Source: Lama guanicoe
Taxonomy: Eukaryota
DNA length: 64,000 bases
Direction: 5' to 3'
Assembly (NCBI GenBank): GCA_013239625.1
Contig: MU056000.1
Coordinates: forward strand, 7,789,214 to 7,853,213
Part shown: in pieces, positions 11,077 through 24,923 of the stretch
Layout: every line of letters begins with the position of its first letter
Numbering within the stretch: the first letter of the stretch is position 1
Translations under genes and position numbers: made by a program
The notes under the pieces: generated by a model
The model's input: only the letters and a program-made list of their open reading frames with translations
Told to the model about the DNA's origin: nothing
The model's database searches: none

Positions 11077-12570
11077 TTTAAAGATGCTGCCTCATTGTCT
11101 TCTCACTGGCATTGTTGCTGCTGAAAAATCAGCTGTCATCCTTAACTTTATATGGAACTTGTCTTTCTTCTCTGGTTGTTTTTAAGATTTTCTCTTTATT
11201 ACTAATTTTGAGCTATTTGATTGTGCGGCACTTTGGTGTAGTTTCTTCATATTTCTTTTGCTTGGGGTTCCTTGAGCTGCTTAGATCCGTGAGTTTGCAG
11301 TTTTCATTAAACTTGAAAAATTTAAAACCATTTGGAAATTTTTCAACCATTATTTCTTCAAATATGTTTTTTTTCTCGTTATCTTTCTCTTTTCTCTCTC
11401 CTCTCCTTTGAGGATTCTAATTGTACATGTATCAGGCCACTTGGGGGTCACTGGTGATCTGCAGTTTTTTCCTTCCTTTTTAAAAAAAAATCTGAGTTTC
11501 ATTTTGTATAGTTTCCATTGCCATCTTTAAATTCATTAATCTTTTCTTCAGCAACGTCTAACCTGCTGTTAATCCCATTCCATATGTTTTTCATTTGACA
11601 TTTTATTTTCAAATCTAGAAATTTTATTTGTTTTTAAGTATATTTTCCACATTTCTAATGAACTTTTTGAACACATGGAATACAGTTACCATAACTGCTT
11701 GTCTTCTCTCTTTGTTGATTCTAAATTGGTTTTGAATGATTGATTTTTCTCATGAATCACATTTTCCTGTGCATTTGCTGGTAGGATTATTTCAATTGGA
11801 TGCCAGACATTCTTCATTTTAATGTGTAGAGTGATGGGTATTTTCATATCCCTATACGTATTTTTAAATTTTGTTCGAGGATGCAGTTAATTTACTTGGA
11901 AACTGTTGATCCTTCTGGGTCTTACTTTTAAGACTGGATAGGAAAGATTAGTGCATATTTAGTCCAGGGCTAATTACACCTCAGTGCTGAGGCAAGACCC
12001 TGCTGAGTACTCTACCCAGTGATTCATGAATGATGAAGTTTTCCTATCTGGGAAACTTGGGAATGTACACTATGCCCATCCCTATGTGAGTGCCAAGTTT
12101 CATTTTGTCTAATAATTTTGGGAGGTTTTTTTTGGCCTTGAGTATTTCCTTCACATGCAAGCAGTGAGAGTTCTCTGCTGAGTATTTGAGGGGGATCTAC
12201 TGCACATTTCTAAGGTTCTGTGTGTGGCTTTCTGCTCTTTGAAGCTCTGTCCTGTGAGCTTTAATCACCTTGGTCTCCCCAGATTCCCAGGTCCATCTCC
12301 TTAGCTCAGAGTGTTTTTTTTTTTTAAAGAACCTCCTGGGTTCCTAATCCTTGTGCCGTGGTCTGGAAACTCTCAAGGCAGTGAGCTGGGACAGTCATAG
12401 AGCTCACCATGCTTATTTCCTGTTTCTCAGGAATCATTGTTCTTGTTTGAATAATGCTTAGTGTTTCACAAACCATTGTTCCGTGTATTTCTCTGGTGTG
12501 TTGCTGCTGTTGTCATTGCTACTTAAAGGGTCCTGGTACTCCGTCTTGGCTGGAAGTGGACATCCCTCAG
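11077..12570 (-). mobile_element. Old L1 (L1MC/MD-type or HAL1) ORF1/5' region
   Basis: T-rich antisense L1 ORF1 sequence (tttaaagatgctgcctcattgtcttct...ttttaagattttctctttatt...aaattttcaaccattatttcttcaaat). Confidence 0.75.
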
Positions 12571-15101
12571 GTTTAGCTATTTCTACAATTTCAGAATATA
12601 ATTCTGTAACTTAGGGCTCTGTTATTCAATGACAATGATGGAAATAGTGCCGAACTATCCAAAAATGGGCTTACTCTCTTGTCAGTTTGGGTGCACATGA
12701 CAGTTGTAAGGCAGGGGCAGCCCTAGCTATCAGCCCTGCTTACTAGGGTCTTACAGGAACCACTGAGTATTGTGTGATTAGAACCAGTGACCTGGTTGTG
12801 ACCTGCTCCTCTCCACCTCCTCCTGAGGCCAGGCCTCTCCTTGCCTGGTCTCAGGCTGGTCATCATGTCTGACTGAGTGTACTGACTCCAGGAGCCTGCT
12901 GATCGGGCAGAGTCCTCAGATAACCTCTGCGTTTATTCTGGCCCAATTTCTACCCCATTAGGCATGCTGCTTCATGTCCTATTTTCATCATAATCTTTCA
13001 GAACTTTGTTTCTTTGCCTTTAAAACTTATGCTTTATATCACACTGTTAACTAGGACAGAGATATTTGTCTCAGATGTTAAAACATGATTTTTACTTTTA
13101 TTTGCTTCATTCCACTAATCTGCCCTGGTCCATTTTTACACGCTACACTAATTGCTAACCTACACTAAATTCAATGCCCTTCTCAAGGCTGTTGTCCCTG
13201 TCCCTGGGGACAAGTCTCAAATTTCCCAGTTCTCTTATTTTTTATTCATTGGGGCCACATGGCCAGAGATTCTGTTTCTTTCTTCACTAAATTTATATTG
13301 CTATCATGTTGCTTCATTAAATATTAACAGATTAATATCCAAGTATCTCTTTACTCTATCTCACTCTAACATAAATGGGTAAATAATAGACTTTCTGAGA
13401 ATAGTCACATTTTAGGGAGAAAACTGACTATACAAAGATATTTAAAATGATGGCTTAATAGCAAGTATAGATTTATTTCTAAGATAGTTCAAATCCTGGG
13501 TTTTCACACGTTCAATTACAATAAAAATAACCCATAAATGGGAGTTGAAAGAGCATTCATTTCCATTTTGGAAATTTTCACACTGCTATATCCAACTGTT
13601 CTAATATTCTGTGACAAACAAAATCATTGTACTGTTAATGAGAAAAAGGAAACTGAAGTCCGTGTTAGCTATGAAAAACATTTCACTACGCTTCTCCCAT
13701 TACGTTTTCTGATGCTCATAAACCAAGTAATGAGTGTTTTAAAGCTTAAAAAGTGTTTAGGGCCATTATGATGATCTAGTTTGCTAGTCAATTTGTCACA
13801 GAATAAGAGTGTGCATGATCTTCTCATAAAGGAAAGTTATTGTTTGAGACGATGAGGTCTATAAAAAGCTCTCTCCATGCAAAATTCTGGTGTTTTACCT
13901 TCACATTTCTGCTTTTGTTTGGGTCATAGAAGTTAAGGACACTTAAAAATGCCACTAAATTTCAACAGTTGCTATACAAACACACTCTTCGGACTCTAGC
14001 TTTCAGATGATAACACTGTTCTCGTGAAATTCGATGCTGCTGTGTGTCCTAAGTAAATCTTTTGATTATTTTTTCCCCTTAAGTCATGGTTTTTTAGAGT
14101 AAGGATTTCTTTGCTTGGTTTTGGTACAAGTTATTCACAATCTTTAAAAAAATTATAACTATTTATCAGTGTTTGGCTTAATGACATTCCTTTCAAAACT
14201 CACTCCTATAGATCATCTATCTTCCCTTCCCACATGTTCTGTTACCTTTTAATATGGTAGATTAATAAATTTTACAAAAGATGATGATAATGTGATTGGC
14301 CTTTATGCATGCTTGTGCATTTGTGTTTTGATAAGAAAACTCTTACGTAAGTATATATATTTATAACTATGCACAAATATGCCGTAACAGCTCTCTGCCC
14401 TGCCTGAGGGCAATTCCTTTTGTCTAGAGTTATCAGGAAAGCCAGTGCTTCTTGTAAATAAGGTTGACATCCTGTGAGTCAAAATTCTACTGTAACTATT
14501 GGGACAAAAGTCTTTCTAAAATGCTTTCTGTCTTCTGAAATTACTAGTAATAATTTAGTATTTTCTTGATGACAGAAGGTCAGCATTATGACAGTCAGTT
14601 ATCAGAACATATGAAACAGCCGAAACACTGAATGGTCTCCGATATCTTTTCTTTCTTGCATCCTTGTATTTCCTTTCTCTGACTCTTCTATTTTTTCACT
14701 TTGCCATCTATTCTCCCTTCTTATGGCAGATCTGTGGGCCTGCCTACAAGAGTAACTCCTTGCATTCTGTAATTTGTTGCCTGAAATTCGACGTGGACTG
14801 GGAAATCTGATGGTTACACTTTGTCTAGAATACAGAAAAGCTTTTGTGATGTTGATGTCATCCACTGCAGACCTTCTACCTCTTTCTAAGTAGTCTCTAC
14901 TCTATTAGTAGTAGAAAAATTTACCAAATCAATGCTTCTGGATATATGGGGGTGATTATATACTGAGGATAACTGTGCGGAACTAATGTTCAGGTTTCTG
15001 CACTGAAAACAGTCAGCAAGATATTACTGCTAGAAAACACTGAGAATTTTTATCAGACTTCTTCCATAATAACCCAAAACAAGAGAGAATTTTTGAATAT
15101 C

Positions 15102-15137
15102 AAAATAGTATAAATTAGTATAAAATAGTATAAATTA
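15102..15137. repeat. Short tandem repeat, 10/20-bp unit
   Basis: aaaatagtataaattagtataaaatagtataaatta, directly visible. Confidence 0.85.
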
Positions 15138-15811
15138 AAAATTCATTGTTGAATTACTCCAAACCCCTAAGAACCCAGACATATCTCAGCAGCTCTCCCA
15201 GCTGACCTGGTTACCTTGACACAAAGCCTGTGTCTTTAATGACCAATATGAAGAGAAAGTTCAATTTTGCAGAACTGTAGAACTGGGCAAGGTCATCAAA
15301 ATCTGCAGTGTGCAAAGCATTGATGAGTCTGGAAACTGAAAAGGAAACAGATCTCCCACAACCCCTTTCTATCAATTTTATCTTCTATCGACTACATAGT
15401 CCCATCTGAGTCAAAGAGCCAAATAAAGAATCATAAAACATGACCATCGGAATATGGCCTGGTCATAACAAGCGCTATTAATTGCTTAATGACAGACAGA
15501 TCATATAGATATAAAACACTGTTATCTGCAAGAGAGGCCCCTGGACATAGACACTACCAGTTCAGTGTTCATGGTTCATAGTTAAATGCTCGTGCTTGAG
15601 CACTATTGCTCAGCCAAGCATAGTGCTGAGCAGTGGGGTACAAAGAAATAAATGGAACTTGGTTTCTGCCCTCAGAGGCCTTACAGTGCAGATTCTTTTT
15701 ACATTCCTAGTGACTCGACAAGAATTCACATGAATAAGTGAATAATTGTGACACTGATCCTTGAATTTTTTCAAGGATGTGGTATTGAGATGTGATGCAC
15801 ACTTGATACAT

Positions 15812-16310
15812 ACATGTCTTCTTTCTTTGGTTGCTTTTGAGATTTTCTCTTTACTACTGATGTTGAGGGATTTGATTATAATGTACCTTAGTATAATTTT
15901 TTTCATGTTTCTGGTAGAGTTTCTTGAGTTGCTTAGATGTGTGAGTTTGTGGTTTTCATCACATTTGGAAAGTTTTCAACCATTACTTCTTGAAATAGGT
16001 TTTCTCATCTCTTCCCCCTTTTTCTCTCATCTTGTTTGGGGACTCCATTTACACACACATCAGGCCACTTGAAGCTCAATGATGCACTGTTACTTTTTTT
16101 TTTCTTTTTTTCTCTGTGTTTCATTTTGTATAGTTTTCAGCTGCTGTCTTTCAGTTCACTAATCTTTTCTTTTGTGATGTCTAATCTGTTAATCCCATTC
16201 CTTGGGGCATTTTTCATTTAGACATTGTATTTTAAACTCTAGAAGTTCTATTTGTGTCTTTATAAATTTTCCATGTTTCTAATTATCTTTTTGAACATAT
16301 AGAATATAGA
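15812..16310 (-). mobile_element. Old L1 ORF1 fragment
   Basis: ORF 15610-15906 contains ILRYIIIKSLNISSKEKISKATKERRH, resembling the L1 ORF1p RHIIIK...KEKILKAAREK motif. Homologous to 11160-11680. Confidence 0.8.
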
Positions 16311-18227
16311 TTTTAACTTTTAAAGCAAAAGTTGAAGACTTACATTCAAAATCTTCTATAGCTCAAAGACATTTTTCCATTTTTAAATTGTTCTAATAGG
16401 AATTGAAGTATTTCTCATGGAAAATAATAATTTGTTAAAAACAATAAAAAGATGGCAAACTTGTTTTGCCACCGTCTAGATGGCTTTGCACCTCAAGTCA
16501 GACTCAGGACTGAAACCCCGAGCCTACCTTCCCACCCCCTTCTACTTGGTCCTCCAAGGCCAGGGAGCTGGGTGGGGACTTGCAGCATCTTCGTACTGTT
16601 GGGTATATACCGTGACAACCCCTTGGCCCATGACATCCTGCTCCCATCTTTGCATCCAGTGTTGTCTCTGATCTGTATGATGTGGGGTGAAGCAGTCATG
16701 ATCTTCTCTGTTTAAAGATGACACATCTGAGACACACTGAAGGGCTATCATTTTCCCACAAAGCTTAGAAAAGTTAGAGTCAAGGTTTGAATTATGATCA
16801 GAGTCAAAGCCTCCTAACTTTCGAGGGAGGTTAATTCTAAGGGCTAGTTCAAGAAAGTGATTTCCGTTACTATCTCTTTCCTAGTTCTGTCAGGCTATAA
16901 TCTAGGATTCTGCCTGGGAAGACTCTACTTTTGAAGCTCTTCTCTGGTCAAAAGCATGAGACAAACTCACTTCAGGCCCAGCCCAATGTGAATTCTTAAG
17001 GCACAACATTAGTGATGCCTCTTGGGTAGCGAGGGAAAGGGATAATTACGTTCATTCCTAAGACTCTCAAGAGAAGGGATGGGCCCGCCATGCGTTAGTA
17101 AGTAGCCAGCTCCTGGGAAGTAATGCCAGGGCTGGGACCCAAGGGCTGGGATGTCACCCTCACCAAAGAAGGCAGTGCTGCAGTGAAGACTGTAGCAATG
17201 GAAGGAAGATGGCAGAGAGAGAGAGAGAAGTGGCAAGGGGCAGATACTGAAAGGTATAAAAGGAAGGGAAGGTACTGTTACATGGCAGTACTGCCCCCAG
17301 TATGTGTGGTACCCATGGTACTGAGTTTCTGAGAATTATCTGTAGCTTTGTGTCTATACTGCTATCATTCTGAAGAAAATTAATGTTATAGAGTGGTTTA
17401 TGAATATGTCAAATCTCAAGCATTGATATGATATGAATGAGAAATGGCAAGCAGAGGTCCAAATTCCCTCTCAGTATTTCCCCCACATGCCTTCATTCTT
17501 CTAAGAGGTTGCACTCCCTTATGCAGTAAGGGATATTAGTTTATGTAACTCTTAGTGATCAAACTCAAGACTTCTTTGCTATCATGAATCCCTTTCCATC
17601 CAAAAACATGGCTATGGAAATTTTCGATGAGAACCAATCAGGAACAGTGTGTGTTTCTAAAGACCCCCCACCCCCCCAGAAAAAGACCTTCCTAATCGCC
17701 TTCCCAGTCATACATTTGCTTTACTTTAGCATTTTGCCCAAAAGAACTAATACTACTGTTCTTCTCTGTAAACCCGTAATTATAAAATGCAAGAGGTTCT
17801 TTTCCTTTGGGGATAGGACCGGCTACAGCATTACAGGATTCACATGGGTTTTCATACGAGATGTTCGGGTATTAGCTCACTTAGCTGTCAATGACAGTGC
17901 TTTGAAAAGCCTCAGCATGTCCCAGGGTCCCTTAAAAATGAAGCAGCTCAGTTACACAAACAGCATGGGAAACCTATCACAGCATTTCAATGACTATACG
18001 TACATCTATTCTCATGTGACTCATAGTGATCTTTGAGGACCCCTGAGCCCTTAGCTAGAATTTTTAAAAGAAATACCTTTCTAAGTGCAACAGTTCACTG
18101 TAACTGGTCTTTCTCTAACATCCTTAGCAACTGTATTAGAATTGCCCTTCTCAAAATTGGACTTCTCTTATTTTCTAAGGACGTTCTCATAATTCCAGAT
18201 TTCTTTTTTATTGTAACGAACTAGTCA

Positions 18228-18476
<249 letters not shown>

Positions 18477-21400
18477 TCAAAGACGAAAACAAAAGCAGGG
18501 TGTCGTAACATTTGGCGAATGTCTACCGGAGGTAGGGTACTGCCTCAGCAGTCCAGGGACCACCAAAAATGGGAGAGCCATCCCTGCCCACCAGGAGCTT
18601 ATGATGGAGGGTGGAGAGGGTTGGGGCACATACATAAGTGAGTGTAACTGGTAGTAGAATGGAGAACGATTCTAGCACACTGCTATAGGAAGGAAGAAGG
18701 ACTGGTTAATTCTGATTAGCTGAAGATCAAGGCAGCATATTTTACAGTTAAATACATTCTATAGGCAGAGCATAGCAGTTACGGTAGTAACTATAACTAT
18801 CAAATAGTAATGATCAGATGCCTTCACTTCTCATGCATAAGTGTGAACTGTGATAAATTCCTGTATCACTTGCAAAATACGTGTTTTGCCATTACATCTA
18901 TGGGCATCAAACAAATGACTGAATGGACAAAAAAGAGAAAACTGTTATGGTTTATTACATACATTGACATGAGCTATAGGCAAATTTTGATCCTACAGAA
19001 ATTCTGATGTTTGGTTTGAATTGAATCTAATGAATAATAGGAGACTATGTAACTAAAAATTAATTACACACACATTTTAAATTATGGCTTCTTATTCACA
19101 AAGAAGACCTTTAAAAATGATAGTTATAAAGATCACATAGCAATTTGGATAAATACTTAAGATGAAAGTTAAATAAACAAAGCAGGATACAAAGGAGTCT
19201 GGGGCTTGTGTTTTATACCAAGTAAAATGCACCATAAAAAAAGTCGTAATAATAAACATTTATTAATAAAATTGTTTATGGCTTTCACTTTTTCTAAATT
19301 TCTTATTTCTTGTTCTATTATTCTTATAATTTAAAGAATATTGAAAGTTTCAATAATGATCCTGATCTTTGATCACACACAGCCTTTTTCCTTCATTAAA
19401 AATAAAGGCAATGAGTACACTGAGGGTAGAAATAAAGTAACATGTTTAGAATAAATATTCCCATATCCATTTTTGACAAAAATCATAGTAAAACAAAATA
19501 ATTACTTTATAATATTAGGATGGGGATATTAAGTTATTTAACTGCTTATTTTTATCTATTAATGATTATGCAAAGTACTGTCTAAATGTCTTATATACTA
19601 AGCTTTTTCACAGATACTTTACATGCATATATGTACATGTGTGTATGTATATATGTCTGTATACATATGAAAACAAAATTATATTTCAGAATCTGTGTAA
19701 GTTTCTTAGTTCTGAAAATTTACCTGGAAGAAAATATAGGCTTATGTCGTATCCTTGTAACAAAAATAAAAGTGTTGATAGCAAATAATGTAAAGTTATT
19801 TAACAGTCACAAGTAATTTCAAGAATTTTGTCATTTATTTTCCAAGAGAAAAATTTAAAAAATCTCATCTTCTTTTTGTCAATTATAATACAGCTTAGCT
19901 CAAGTCGAGGCTGAAGCTCAGGGATGGATGACATCCCATGGATGGGTGATGCACGTCCCACAAAAGGTCATTTTCAATGAGAGTGTCACTCAATCTCAAC
20001 TTTATAACAAGGACACTCAGCGTAGGAATCTTCCTGTTCTTTCAACTGAAGCTACTTCTAAACTGTTCAAAGATGACTTTGCACCTGTGCATGGCCTATC
20101 AATGAAACCAGTACATCTCTTTAAAAAAAAAAAAACCCGACGGTTTAAAGTGAACCAGACCCGTCACATTGCTCCTGGTTCGTTATTTGAGACTGGCTCA
20201 CTGCACTGGATAGAAAAACAGCACCAGGAGAAGAGAACAGTCATTGCATGGGTTTGTTGACTTTGATGCTGAAGCAGGAGTAATACTGGTTACTCAGAGG
20301 AAACTAGCTTGGGGTACAGACTCTATCTGCTAGTGCAAAGGGAAGTGAAAAGTTACTTCTTTTTTCCAATTTTTATTTTGTCAACTCCTTAACATTTTTA
20401 AGCTATCATTTTCATATAAAGATTTAGAACTTAACATGGATGAAATTCCCCTCTCATGTAAGAGCCCACATAGCAGTTGGAGGTACAGCGTAGCAGTAGT
20501 GGCGTGCCCATTACATGTGACAGACAAACTACAAAAAGAGCAAAAAGAAAAAAAGCTATATTATCATCTGCTGGGTTTCATCTTGTTCTTTTTTCCTTAA
20601 CCTCTGCGCAGTAAAGCAAGATAAATGGCTAAAGCAGTAGACAATTTTCTTCAGTTTGACATGTGATCTATGTAGCTCTTAAATATCTTTTATTACAATC
20701 ATTTCTTAGTGGCTACAGAGAGAATCTGAAGGAAATAAAAGGAAAACTGGTGTGAATATGGATAATCTTTGATGACAACAAGAGAAGAAGTTCAAAGGGG
20801 TTTCTCTGCTATTTCAGAATGTTGATGGCGCCCTGACACGTCAATCCAGAAGAAAAAGAACTGTTTCAAAGCCAGTCACTGTCTTCGCTTTTATCTGAGT
20901 ACTTTATTCAAACTTCTATTAATAGGGAAAGAAGTAGCAACTATCCATTAAAAAATAGATTTTTATCACCTATGAAAGACCAGAAATCTTCTTTAAGAGT
21001 TGTGCCAACACACTTGATGTCACGTTGCCCAATGAATCACGGTCAACAGGAATATAGGGCAACGGTGACACCAGGATGAGACTGACATCATGAAACAGTT
21101 CTGCACGTGCAACTTTTGATGCTAACCTCCTTCTAGAGTGAGGATCCACGAGAACTCATGAGATATGCAACTCTTTTACCAAATGGAAATACATCATTTC
21201 TAAGTTTAAATATAAGATTCATTTATCCTAAAATTTCTTCAAAACTGGCACGTGGGTTGAAGGGAAGTGACAGCTAAATCTTTAACACAGTCACAACACT
21301 GATCACCCAACTATTTGGTCCTAAGAACAAAGAACTAAATTTATAAATAAGCTTTATGCAAACTGTGCTTGTTTTGAATAAATCTTGAGGGCATATTACT

Positions 21401-22077
21401 AAAAATCCTCTAAGAACTTGAAATATGAAAATAACATGTAAAGAAATAATATCCAAGTGCTATGTCTGGAGAGAGAATTTCCTATGTAATAAAGACAAGG
21501 TATAACCCTGGAGACAAAGTATTTTCAGGAAACCAACAGGGGCAACACTAGCAGAGTATTTTTTGGTTATATTATCTGCATTATTGCCAAGTTGTGATAT
21601 ACAGACACACAAAAATCAGGCAGAAATTAGACAAAAGGGAAGCAAAAGAAAAAGGAGAAAGGCATTTGTGGTTTAAAAAAGTTTTATTCCAGCTTGGGGG
21701 GAATTTTTGTGAAAATATCCCTTTCTCCTCACAGTTTTACTCCTCATGCTTGAGAGTTAAATACATGTTCCTTAATTTTGTGCATATTTTAATTTTTTGT
21801 CTGTTAAATTTTAACAAGTAAAACTTGCAAAAGTTCTAGCAGCTCTTGATACTTAACATTATTAGTTAAATGTTCAAATTATACTTTGTGCCAGTCATTC
21901 ATGGCTTTAAACAGCAGAAAAACAGCTGATGATTTATTTCTAGCATTAAAACTCCTCTTATTCATTGTTGTATTTATAGGAATTTAGAATTTACACATAT
22001 ATTTAGAGTTCATGAGATTAAGGATAGAGTGGGTTACCCCAGAGGTTTTTTTAGATTTTTTTTTATTGAATAAATAA

Positions 22078-22427
22078 TTTGCATTGAATGTTTGTGCCTG
22101 CCCTGTGAGAGCTTAACCCCTACTGTGATGGTATTCAAAGGTGAAGCCTTTGGGAGGTAACTGGTTTTAGATGAGGTCATGAGGGTGGAGCCCTTTGATG
22201 GGATTAGTGCCCTTATAAGGGGATGAAGGGACCGGAGCTTTCTTTTTTTGCCACGTAGAGACACAGCAAAAAGATGGCCATCTGGAAATCAGAAAAGAGG
22301 CTGTTAAGGGACACCAACTCTGCTGGTCCCTTGGACTTCCAGCCTCCAGAATTGTGGGAAATAAACGCCTGTTGCATAAGCACCTGGTCTCGGGCATTTT
22401 GTTTCAGCGGCCCGAGCTGAGCAAGAC
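22078..22427 (+). mobile_element. MaLR solo LTR (MLT1A-like)
   Basis: gcctttgggaggtaa...agatgaggtcatgagggtggagccc...ttggacttccagcctccagaattgtgggaaataaa. Confidence 0.85.
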
Positions 22428-24700
22428 GGTAATCACAGTGAACGCTAAGCACATCCGGGGTTAGGAAGCCCTCTGGCTATGCCACGGCTTTCCTGCTATG
22501 GTGCTCTCCTGAGGGCAGGCTGGCCAGTGTCTGCGGCACAGTTAGGTAACAATAGACTGATTTGCCATCCTGAGCAGTGACACACTCAACAACACGTTAC
22601 CAGCACTTTTCCTTACTGGCTTCAAGTGTATGACTGTGTGACTCATATCAATAAATCAAATTAGGGAACCGTTTGTATCATTTACTTCCTAAAATTGTTA
22701 GAATTGAAAGCTTGTATTCTCTCTCTGAGAAGGTAACACTCAAGTCTTTTTATAAAGGAAGAGAGTAACGTGCTCCCGTGTTGGAAGCCAAGGGGATGCT
22801 GAAATTTGGAGGTGATGCTTTTTGACGTGGTCATGGTCAGGGAAGGACACACACTGGCCAGGCTAAGAAATGTCTGCTTAGGAAGGAAATCGCATGGCCG
22901 TGGGAATGGACTCAATGTATGGGTTTTTAAAAAAAGCAAAAAAAAAAAGCCTTTCTTTAGACTTGATTTTAGTACTTTTGCTTCTCCTTATGGTTTGAAT
23001 TCTATTTAAAAGATTCCTATCTTGGTTTGAGAATGGAATAGTAGAAGCCACTGTTCCTTAGACAAGAAGAGTGTGACTTCGGGATCAAAATCAGAAAGAT
23101 CAAAAACCAGAGAGTAAAGGTGTTCGGACACTTGACAAAGACACCGTGTACACGTGAGGGTCTTCGAGGGCAGCAGCTCCCAAAACGACTCCAATTACTA
23201 CATCCTTAAAGCCCCTCCTGAACAAGGCGAGTTAAGGGGGGAATGTCAGCCCCTCCCTCTGATGGAGCTTACAACTGCCCCAGTCTCTGTTTCCAAGGCA
23301 CTGGGCTGGGTACCATGGAGATGCTAACAAGACATTCTCACCTGTACGGAAGAAGGATTTACACTTTCGGAGGCGTGCTAAAATACCCAGCTCCGTCTCA
23401 CACGTGTCACACCCGTTCCAGTCTCCATACAGAAAAGAGCTTTCACTGCTCCATCTTTGCAACACAAACAGAAGAGGCCTCTTCACCAGGCCGTGCATCT
23501 CTACCGCCAGATTTCTCTACCGATGAGAGAGCAGGAGCGTCACGACGTGAGTGCAGGCCAACTTTGCCTTTTAAGGAATTTCAGTGAAATCGACAACAGG
23601 CCAGAGACATTGCAAGAGGAAGGGAGTGGATCTGCAGCGACAGGAGAACGTTCTGATTTTCGCATCCCACCCCTGCCTCCCAACTGAAGCTGCACATCAC
23701 AAAACGCAAGAAGAGAAGACAGCCCTGAAAGGGCAAACTGTCAGACGTCGGTCCTTCCTGCAGGGCTGGGCTTAACTCGGCTGCAGTGGGTACTAAGTAC
23801 TTTAAAAAGCAACAACCTAAACACAGTCCATCCACTGTCGGCCACTTTGGCGTGACTTGGTTTGCACAGCAGTTACGAACTGGTTTTCCCCTTTCGGTGC
23901 TTCACTATCACTTCCAGCTAACTGGGGGAGGAGGCGGGGAGGAGAGGAGGGGAGGCAGGAAATTGAAATAATGGCTGTTAAAAAAGAAAAACAAGCAACT
24001 GTAAAAAGACGAAAGAGAAATTAGTTTCGTGTTGATTCTTGGGAATTTTGAAGAAAAGGGTAGCCTGGGTGGCTAAATTCCCCAGGGAGCTGTTCAGAAG
24101 ACTGACTAGAGGGCGGCTGAGCCCGCGGGGAGAGCAGGCAGAGGTGACGGACAATGAGCTGCATTCACCTGACGCACGTCTCCAGGCTCTCCTCGTAGAA
24201 GACCCGGGGAATTCTGCACTTGCGAGATTAGAAAGCTGCATTAAAGGAAAAGCCGGCTGTGGTGTTTTCTGAACAAGGCACAGGACAAAAGCGATTCAGG
24301 GGTAGCCTTGCGGACTCAGCCCTTGGCTGTGCGGGCACGTGTCCCTCAGGAGGAGGCCAGAGGGAGGCTGGGGACGCTGCCCGCTCCAGAGACTGGCACA
24401 AGGAGGCTGCTGTGCCGTGCCCCTCCGAGCAGTGCTCCCGGGGCTGGTCCACATCACCGGGCTCGCCTGCTCCTTCCCCAAGTCGTCCTGATGGAACCAA
24501 CTTGAACGCCTCTAACGCTTGTGCAGGATCCTTTCTGCTCCTAACTTCTCACCTACGCCTGGGGAAACCTAGGTTTTGACCTGCCCTGTGACCTGCCTTT
24601 TAAAGGGGCTCTGTCCCTGACTCGCCAGCCTCCTTCAGGTAGTCCTATAGTATAGCTCCTTTATATCTTTGGTGATACATCCCTCAACGGCAGTCTAATA

Positions 24701-24923
24701 CAGTGGTTTTCAACTGGGGCGATTTTAACCCCCAAGGGGACAACTGGCAATGTCCGGACACACTTTTGGTTGTCACAACCAGGGGAGGGGGTGCCACTGA
24801 TTGGCGTCTTACTGGGTAGAGGCCAGGGATGCTGATAAATTTCCCACAGTGCACAGGACAGCCCCCCACAACAGGAACTTACCCAGCTCAAAATGTCAAC
24901 AGTGCCGAGGTCGAGAAATCCTG
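24701..24923 (+). mobile_element. MER20 (hAT-Charlie MITE), full length
   Basis: cagtggttttcaac...gtcgagaaatcctg termini. Degenerate 8-bp TSD gtctaata (24693-24700) / gtctagtc (24924-24931). Confidence 0.9.
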
